A stretch of 46,696 nucleotides of DNA. Source: Octopus bimaculoides (Eukaryota). The position numbers and the translations under genes are program-made. The notes beneath the pieces were generated by a model. That model saw nothing but the letters and a program-made list of their open reading frames with translations. It did no database searches and had not been told where the DNA came from. How positions within the stretch are numbered: the stretch's first letter is position 1; each line of letters opens with the position of its first letter. The stretch lies in NCBI RefSeq assembly GCF_001194135.2, contig NC_068987.1, forward strand, positions 98,762,221 to 98,808,916, in the 5' to 3' direction. Positions 37,898 through 46,696 of this stretch are shown piece after piece.

Positions 37898-38045
37898 ATC
37901 ATCATCCTCATCATCATCATTATTATTATTAAATTCAAATTACGATAAACGTAAACAAACAAACGAAGTGTGCTTTTAGAACCGTGGAGATGTCTTAGCA
38001 ATTTAAAGAAGTGATTTTTAAATTCTCAAACGCAGGATAATGCTA

Positions 38046-38095
<50 letters not shown>

Positions 38096-38525
38096 GACTC
38101 ATAATTTAGGCATAAGTTCAATAATTTGAAGGAAATGGTGTTACTCGATACTTCAAATCCAGTTATTCATCGGTACGCTACGTTATCGCCCCCAGTAGGA
38201 TCAAAAACAAAGTTGACGACAGCATGATTTAGACTGAAGATATAATGAACCAGAAGAAATACCGTAACACATCTTTCCATATTTCAAATTATCTGCAAAG
38301 ATTAAAATTTATGCAGAACGCTGCCATTTTGAGATAAGGTATGTTAGTCGATATGGTTCTACGATTGCAACAACCTTTTATTTCTAAATTAGGCGGAAGG
38401 CAAGTTGTTATGTAGGGTGAGATTAATCAGTACCATCAACTTCATTATTTGATTGATAATTGTATTTTGTCGTGTCCGAAGGATGCAAAGCAATGCTGAC
38501 CTCAATTAGATTTGAACTATGTTAC
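38046..38525 (-). mobile_element. (ATT)n plus two diverged family D copies (about 38095-38275 and 38390-38525)
   Basis: Residual matches such as tattttgtcgtgtccgaaggatgcaaagcaatgctgacctc...atttgaact to the minus-strand family D pattern seen at 28171. Confidence 0.55.
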
Positions 38526-40286
38526 AGTGTAAGTAGTGATATCTCTGACGATAAAATTGTTAGTGTGGTAGATTGTAGCGAGAATTTTAGAAAGAAAAGC
38601 ATTAAAAACAATCACGAAAAGTATTACACAATGGATGATATCTGGTCACCAATTTTGTCGAATATCTCGTAGACTTTTTTATTATCTTAAGTTGTATCCA
38701 GCTAGAAAAGGAAGGCTGATAGCGATGAATCAGAAAAGACTGCCACGCGGGGTGAGTAATATGTACAGGAACGAATAAGGAGAAAAGTGACGAGTGTCTA
38801 TCTTCTTACAGGGGGAAGGATGTTTTCCGTGCCCTGAAACAAGTAAATAAAGAAAATTCACACATATTTGCTGTAGAAATCTCTTCTCTCTCAAGGCTCG
38901 CTGTCACATTTCTACTGCATTATTGGCAAATGTTAAGTGCAGAGCTACCTAAATTATATGTTGTTGAAAGACGTTAGTAAAGATCATAATGCTGTTACCC
39001 GTAAACCACAAAGCCACTTTGGAGTCATGCTAGCGTTAGGTGTGAATAGAATACAATTGACACTGGTGGTTCAGTGCAGAAGTTCCAGTTGAGAATGATA
39101 GTTTCTTGAAAGTTTCCTAGCTTGGGAAGCGAGAACGAAAGGAAACATGAATGTGTAGAATAGATTAACAGAAACATAACCCACAACAAAAAAGTGCTTA
39201 ACTTTTAGTCCCACCACCACCACCACCACTTGCAACACAGATCATGACCAAAAAAGCTCGCTTCATGATTGAAACCAGAAGCTGATGAAGTCGAAAACCA
39301 TGTCTCACGACACTAACTCATAATATTACTTCGTTCGGAGGATAGAGAGAGGAGTGGTAGAATGTTAGCAGCGGAAGGAAGAAAATGGGACAAAGGAAAT
39401 TTATTGACCGTTGCAGAAGGCATCAGAAATAGACATGATAAACCCTTCTTCACGAGGTCGTCATGAGTTCTACTGTTCGGTGATTCAGAAATGTAGCTTT
39501 CAATCAATCTGTGCACTCTGAAATTTTAAATCGAAAATTCTATGCTGTACCACGATAGTAATATAAGAGCCGAAATTAAGAAACATGCAACTGATAGAAT
39601 GTTAGTAAAGGCCACACCAAATGTCTACATCAGTTTCAAACAAGATGTCTACCTCAGCTTCAACGCGAAGTTGACTGTTTTCTAACAAATTGAAAATAAA
39701 TCATGCTCACGGGGGCCTTCTGATGCACTCGTCCCATTATGACGAATGATACACTGAAAGAGTTGTAGTTTACATTGACCTGATCCAACTGGTAGTGTTT
39801 TCCATGTTTGTGAAGCTAAGGGTAGCCCATTTGTCTTTTATGTTCTATAAATTACATGTCTTAATAATATTGTGTTGCTGTGTAACGGTCTATTATATCA
39901 AGTTTCTAAAACGGCCACAGACACACACACACACAAGCACACGCACACACACACACACGCACACACTCAAGCACACGCACACACACACACACATACACAC
40001 AGACACAGACACACACACGCACACACGAACACACGTGCGCACGCACGTACGCACACATGTCCACGCCACGCTATTGCAACCACCGGAAAATACACAAAGC
40101 ATAAACATTAAGTATATATAGTTAATAATATATATAATTGTTTTATGTATATATATGTGTGTGTGTGTGCTAGTGTGTGTGTGTGCGTTTGTGTGTGTGT
40201 GTGTATTTGTGTGNNNNNNNNNNCTAGTGTGTGTGTGTGCGTTTGTGTGTGTGTGTGTATTTGTGTGTGTGTGTGTGTGTGTTTGC

Positions 40287-40317
<31 letters not shown>

Positions 40318-40450
40318 CTCACGCATTGTATAGTCTTTACCTGACCGTCATTTTTATATAACTCTGTTATCCCCACATTTCGTAATTTTGTAACCATTAT
40401 GCAGACTTTGTTATATGTATGAAAATCGACCTGGTGGCTGTAATAAAAGT

Positions 40451-40474
40451 ATTATTATTATTGTAATAATAATG

Positions 40475-40506
<32 letters not shown>

Positions 40507-40537
40507 TATTATTATTATTATTATTATTATTTGTTGT

Positions 40538-40569
<32 letters not shown>

Positions 40570-40581
40570 GTAGTAATAGTT

Positions 40582-40630
<49 letters not shown>
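40451..40630. repeat. Head-to-head complementary trinucleotide arrays (AAT)n/(ATT)n and (TAC)n/(TAG)n
   Basis: Directly visible. Confidence 0.95.
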
Positions 40631-40631
<1 letters not shown>

Positions 40632-42240
40632 CTGAATGTAAACACACGTGTTCGTTAGTAAGATATTATTTAGTCGCCGCTTTTGTTCTGACGTACAACT
40701 TTCCCCCATATATCTCACCAGCTGTTTCTTCGATGTCAGTTTGCAGAATAAAGAACACTTTCTGCTTTGAAGAGAACAATTTATTTTTGTTTGATCTGTG
40801 TTGTTCTTTATAATATTCCTTCTTTTTGCTAAATTTAGCTACAAGTCACTGATTGATCTCTTCAATTACAAAAAGAAATCCTTTCTCCTTCATCATATAT
40901 TTTTATATCAGGTTCCTTTTATGTAGCATATGTAACTGTACCTCTCCACTAGACTACTATTGAATTCACCTAATATCTATATATCATTGTGCTAGACTCA
41001 ACATGCCGTATAGTATGAAGTATTATATAACTGACATCACATGTTCACAAATACTTATTAATTATTTCTTGCTCTACGTTTAATATTTAATACTTGACAA
41101 TCTCATATCTTTCCTAATAAATATTTTTTTTCCTATTTCGTGCCATGTTTAATCTATCTCTTATATTCTTACAAATTATATGTACTATAGATTTTTTTAA
41201 AAAATTCAATAAGCATTTAAACATTTTGATTAGGTATCGTTTACTTGACTTTTAGAAAATTAGGTACGGCACTTTTAGGTCTCACAGAAATAATTTTTAT
41301 AGCTCAGTTAAATCTATGCGCCCTTTGTAACTGATTTAATGTCAATCAAATCAAATACACACTTCTCGAATACATTTTATTGGCAGGAAGTGGTATGATC
41401 TTCAGGCAAAATGCAACGTGGCATTTTTGAATGCTCTTCTGTTTGAGTTGAAATTTTATCAATATCTTTTTTATATTTTAATATTTTCGGGTTGGGTAGT
41501 TCACTGAGTTAGATTTGGAGATTGTGAATACGACGGACAACATGCCATGTTCTACATCTTCCGACTATGTATGGTATATTCTGAAATCTTAGGTGGCAAA
41601 CTTAATCTATCATCCGTTTAAGACAGTATATGGCCCCTGGATTACTTTAGCAGTGTTCAGTTTTGGGGTCTTTAAAACCAAGTTTCCTGTGTGAAGGCGG
41701 CATTTCCCTTCGTACTAAAACCATCCGAGGCTCTCAAAGATAATTGGTTATAGGCATTGCCGTTCTATCACAAATTAATTTGAAAGAAAACATTATTGCT
41801 CTTCCCGAAATAAGAAGAAAGCCAACCAGTTGTAGAATTTTTGAATTTTTTCTATATGGTTTTGGCAAACAATTTACCATCAAGTCATTAAAAAAATAGG
41901 TACACAAAATATGCATACATTTGCAATATATAGATATATTGGAAGTTTCATCTTTATTTTACAAGATATACATACGTAATTCTGGAACATTTTAACAATA
42001 ATGGTATTCTTGATCCTAGTAGTTTGTATTGCCTAGGCCAATAAATTTGGTATATTTGACGAAATTTCTTGGTATATTAAGACGCACTCCTCAAATAAAT
42101 ACGTGGATATTTTGTGCTATCATATTATAACCAATGAAAACTTAAATATATTAATACAGTTTACCAGACCACACTTGATAGTATCGAACGTATAGGTTTC
42201 CAGTGAAAACACTTTTTCAATAATTCTGGTTTCCTGTATA

Positions 42241-42699
42241 CTCTTTACTCTTTTACTCTTTTACTGGTTTCAGTCTTTTGATTGTGGCCATGCTGGAGCA
42301 CCGCCTTTAGTCGAGCAAATCGACTCCAGGACTTATTCTTTGGAAGCATAGTACTTATTATATCGGTCTCCTTTGCCGAACCGCTAAGTTACGGGGTCAT
42401 AAACACACCAGCATCGGTTGTCAAGCGATGTTGGGGGACAAACACAGACATACAAACACATACAAACATACATACACACACACATATATATATATATATA
42501 NNNNNNNNNNNNNNNNNNNNNNNNNNNNNNNNNNNNNNNNNNNNNNNNNNNNNNNNNNNCCGTCTACCAAATCCACTCACAAGGCTTTGGTCGGCCCGAG
42601 GCTATAGTAGAAGACACTTGCCCAAGATGCCACGCATTGGGACTGAACTCGGGACCATGAGCTTGGTAAGCAAGCTACTTACCACACAGCCACTCTTGC
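42241..42699 (-). mobile_element. Composite SINE C/A, full copy, (TAAAAGAG)n tail, internal tract contains an N gap
   Basis: Tail repeat ctctttactcttttactcttttac at 42241, A module to about 42470, (CA)/(TA) plus gap, C module 42560-42699. Confidence 0.92.
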
Positions 42700-42982
42700 T
42701 TTTGTTTTTCACTTTCATATAAAATGTTTCTCTTTTATGTATTTCGTCAAATCATATATTGAATATGGAAGCAGAGCTAACAATTCATTTAAATGAGCTG
42801 AAGAAATTATGGAATTGGTGAAAAATATTGTTGGGTTTTCAGAGTCACTGCTCGTCAGACACCGATTCATTTTTATTGTTACTACAACGTCACTTATGAA
42901 TTACATATTCTTTACAGAATACAAACTATTTAGGTTTTTAAATATATTAGGCCAGCCAATCGATATCTTATAATCTCATACA

Positions 42983-43262
42983 TATTCTTTTATTCTTTTA
43001 CTTGTTTCAGACATTTGACTACTGCCATGCTGGTGTACCGCCTTTAGTCGAACGAATCGACCCCAGGGTTTATTTTTTGTAAGCCTAGTACTTGTTCTAA
43101 CGGTCTCTTTTGCCGAACCGCTAGAATGCGGTGACGTAAACACACCAACGTCGGTTGTCAAGCGACGGTGGGGGAGAACAGACATAGTCACACAAACATA
43201 TGCATATATGCACACACGCACACACACGCACACACGCAGACACACACACACACACACACAAG
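42983..43262 (-). mobile_element. Composite SINE C/A, tail plus A module plus (CA)n, head absent
   Basis: tattcttttattcttttacttgtttcag...gccgaaccgctag...cggttgtcaagcga. Confidence 0.88.
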
Positions 43263-43380
43263 CAGGGGCTCTGTTACCCAGAAGTCCATATGTTGGAATT
43301 TGCTGTGTGGATTTTGATGTAAAATGACCGAACATCATAGTACCTAGCTAGCATGTCGTATTGCCCTAGTTATCAGACAC

Positions 43381-43730
43381 GTTAGAGTGCCGGAAAAATA
43401 ACTTGCGTACTTTCACTCCGAATGTTGCGTTATCCAGTAAAATGGACGCTGTAGCCATCATACTTTTAATGAAGCAAATTCTCTTTTCACAAAAGTCTTG
43501 GTCCTGTGACTATGCTATAAAAATTTATTGCATCCAGTTAGAATGCTGTATTGTCACACTTACCAAACTCGTTGGAGTGTCTGAAAATGACTTGCATATT
43601 TTTCCCCTCAATGTTGAGTTATCAGTAAAATGGACACTGTAGCCATCATTCAAATAACGCTTTTTTTACAAAACTTCTTGTACTGTGCTTATGTTAGAAA
43701 CAATTATTAAACCTAGTTATGCTTCAATCG
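43381..43730. repeat. Diverged two-copy tandem repeat, period 190 bp
   Basis: gttagagtg..aaaa..acttgc..aatgttg.gttat.cagtaaaatggac.ctgtagccatcat at 43381 recurs at 43571. Confidence 0.8.
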
Positions 43731-45721
43731 TAAATGCTCATTACCGTTGCTCTAACATTAAATGAACGTGATTATATAACAAACTAGGAACACAATGAAA
43801 CGAAATTTTCCACAACGACAAACGCCAATGTTGATTCTGATAAATTTTTAAAATTTCTAAAGATTATGTGTATGTGGCAATACGTACAGATAATCATCAG
43901 TCAGTGAAATTCTTGCTTAAAATCATTTATCAAGAGCCCATACAATATTGTGTGTATTTACATACATGTGAGTGATTGTGTGTGTGTGTGTGTACATACA
44001 TACACACACATATATAAATAAAGACACATTTATTTATATGAATCGCATTTACAAATATAATAATTCATAGACACTCATATTTACTGCTCTTAAATATATG
44101 AATATATATCCCTTTCTTGTACTCATGTGAATAGGAAATATATNNNNNNNNNNNNNNNNNNNNNNNNNNNNNNNNNNNNNNNNNNNNNNNNNNNNNNNNN
44201 NNNNNNNNNNNNNNNNNNNNNNNNNNNNNNNNNNNNNNNNNNNNNNNNNNNNNNNNNNNNNNNNNNNNNNNNNNNNNNNNNNNNNNNNNNNNNNNNNNNN
44301 NNNNNNNNNNNNNNNNNNNNNNNNNNNNNNNNNNNNNNNNNNNNNNNNNNNNNNNNNNNNNNNNNNNNNNNNNNNNNNNNNNNNNNNNNNNNNNNNNNNN
44401 NNNNNNNNNNNNNNNNNNNNNNNNNNNNNNNNNNNNNNNNNNNNNNNNNNNNNNNNNNNNNNNNNNNNNNNNNNNNNNNNNNNNNNNNNNNNNNNNNNNN
44501 NNNNNNNNNNNNNNNNNNNNNNNNNNNNNNNNNATTGCCCACCTCAGGGACGGCAACATACCAAGATGCACACAATATCATCATTCGATGGAAGCATTCA
44601 CCCAATAGACATATTAAAAATTCAAATGAAGCCGAAGTTACATCTTAAGAAAAAAAAAATTATATATCTTTTTTTTAAAAATTCAAGGAGCTGGTAGAAC
44701 ATTGCTGTAAAATTTTCCATTATTTACTGGCATAGATACTCTTCTCTGGGTCAGTGAAGAAAAAAGAAATGTAAAAGGAAAAACGCGTGCACTTATGAAA
44801 TTCAGTTACCCAGTTAATTCGAATATTGCCTAAATTTCATTTAAAAGAATATTTATGAGCAGTTGAAGCAGAAAGTATAGCCGAGTCTTCATCTGTATTC
44901 AGTGGTGCATGTAAACAAATTATTTATGTTGTAAATTTGAGATTCGACGAAAATCTCAAAGTAATAACAAATTCTCTTTATTAGAATCAAATTGAAAAAT
45001 ATATACAAGAATTCATAAAAAGAAAAATCCAAGATTTTAAGCATGCATATGGATGAGGATATACATGTGTGGAAACATGTGTGTACGTATCTGTCAATAA
45101 ACGTATCTGTCAATAAATGTATATATGGGTGTTTGAATGTGTATGTATATAGTATATATTTAAGTATGTTTGTATGTAAATACATTAGTGTGTAAGCGTA
45201 CAAAAGGAATTTCACTTTTATTTCTTTTATCTTAATTCATAAGTATTAAATGAGAAGCAAGGAATGTGAATCTTCAAATAATTATTCCAATTCAATATTG
45301 TCTTGGGAATGGAAAAATAATTAAAAAAAAACCACTACCGCCGGCATCGTCACCGCCACTATCATCATCATCACCATCATCATTACCACCACCACCGCCA
45401 CCTCTACACAAACTCTAGATTATAGCCTAATCTTTCTCATCAAATATACTGATAACTTAAGCAATGATCATGCTCCGCCTTTTCGTCATTTCTCACTCTA
45501 TTCCTGAAAGTTAACCACCCGGTTATCAAATACTCAGAATGCATCTTCCATTTATTCATCCCTAAATTATATATAACACTTTGGTTCTAATATTGTTGTT
45601 TTATTCTAGTATTCATTCATATTGTCGATGTTAGGGTTATCTTTTCGTTTTTCTCGTTTCTGTTGTTCTTGTGGTTGATAATGAGAATTTTGTTGCGTAG
45701 GGTTCGGGGGTTTTCCCCTCT

Positions 45722-46080
45722 GTCTTTCTTCTTCTTCTTCTTCTTCTTCTTCTTCTTCTTCTTCTTCTTCTTCTTCTTCTTCTTCTTCTTCTTCTTCTCC
45801 CCTCCTCCTCCTGTACCACCACCACCACAACCATCACCCCCCGCCACCACCATAATCTTCCTCGACATCTTATTTTACTTCATCATCATCGTCATCGAAC
45901 ACAACCACCATCATTATCATCATCATCATCATCACCATCTTCTTCCTCCTCCTTCCTCCTTCTTCCTCCTCCTCCTCTTCTACTTATTTTTCTTCTCTCT
46001 CTCCTTATTTTTCTCCCCCCTTCCTCCTCTTCTTCTTCCACTTCCTCCTCCTCCTCCTCCTCATCTCCCCCCCTTTTTTT
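45722..46080. repeat. Low-complexity trinucleotide field (TTC)n, (CCA)n, (CAT)n, (CCT)n
   Basis: Directly visible. Confidence 0.95.
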
Positions 46081-46696
46081 CCGCCTGCAACCCATATCCT
46101 TCCCAGCTTTCTTTTCCTTTGTAGTTGGCATTCGCGTGTTTTGTCTTCATTGTCTTTCAACATTTACTCTTTTCTTTCATTAGCACCACCAAGAAAAAAA
46201 GCAATAAAAAAAACAACAAAAAAAACAAACGAGACCCAATCCTCTCCTCTGCCAAACCCCGTCCACACCACAGCACCCTACCACGTCTCTCATCACATCA
46301 GAAGCCCCACAACACTTCTACGCCATTCCCTTTTTGATTCATTATATTGAAATTCAATTTTCAAATACTCAACCCTTTTATTTATTATATGCCTCTCTAC
46401 TCCCCTCCTTTCATCTTAAATCTACACCTCCCTCACAACACACACACACACACACGCACACACGATCGCTACATCGATACATGCCTCCACGACACACAGA
46501 CAGCAACACCAGGCCACCACTCCCCACACAATTCAGATAATCAACAACAACATTTGTCTCATTTCAATTCATTTCATAAATTTATTTCAAATTATATATC
46601 AATGTGTATTCTTACGTATGTATACGTGTACACATCTATATTTCTACGTATATATGAATGCAAGTTTATCAGCATATATATATATATATATATATA

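Noticed and set aside
39278-39310. Other CTGATGA/CTGAAGA occurrences as hammerheads (also 19727, 39720 and ctgagga near 18052)
   Set aside because: They lack a pairable stem II followed by GAAA and a stem I.
40169-40270. Duplication of about 45 bp on either side of a 10-N gap
   Set aside because: Typical overlap of unmerged contig ends; an assembly artefact.
44937-44961. Small hairpin tttgagatt-cgacgaa-aatctcaaa
   Set aside because: A 9-bp AT-rich stem with poor extension; compatible with chance.

Overview
Eukaryotic, AT-rich, repeat-saturated DNA with about 3.7 kb of N gaps, most of them opening on (TA)n tracts. The SINE families and microsatellite load suggest a coleoid cephalopod, probably Octopus (inference, not verified). 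I find no intact protein-coding gene, rRNA, true tRNA gene or CRISPR array; nearly all long ORFs in the track are microsatellite or N-gap artefacts. Supportable content: (1) decayed LINE fragments (a CR1/L2-type RT, two RTE-type pieces and an L1/Tx1-type piece); (2) three Tc1/mariner relics; (3) about 20 full or partial tRNA-derived SINE copies in several modular families, labelled B, C/A and D here, plus a CORE-type variant; (4) many simple repeats; (5) several long fold-back structures. The most interesting object is a palindromic element at about 10526-10965. It has a Pol III tRNA-like head and an (AAT)n spacer between two inverted arms, and each arm carries a minimal hammerhead-ribozyme-like motif of the kind known from Penelope-like retroelement ends. 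All family assignments come from manual translation and motif recognition; no database search was possible.
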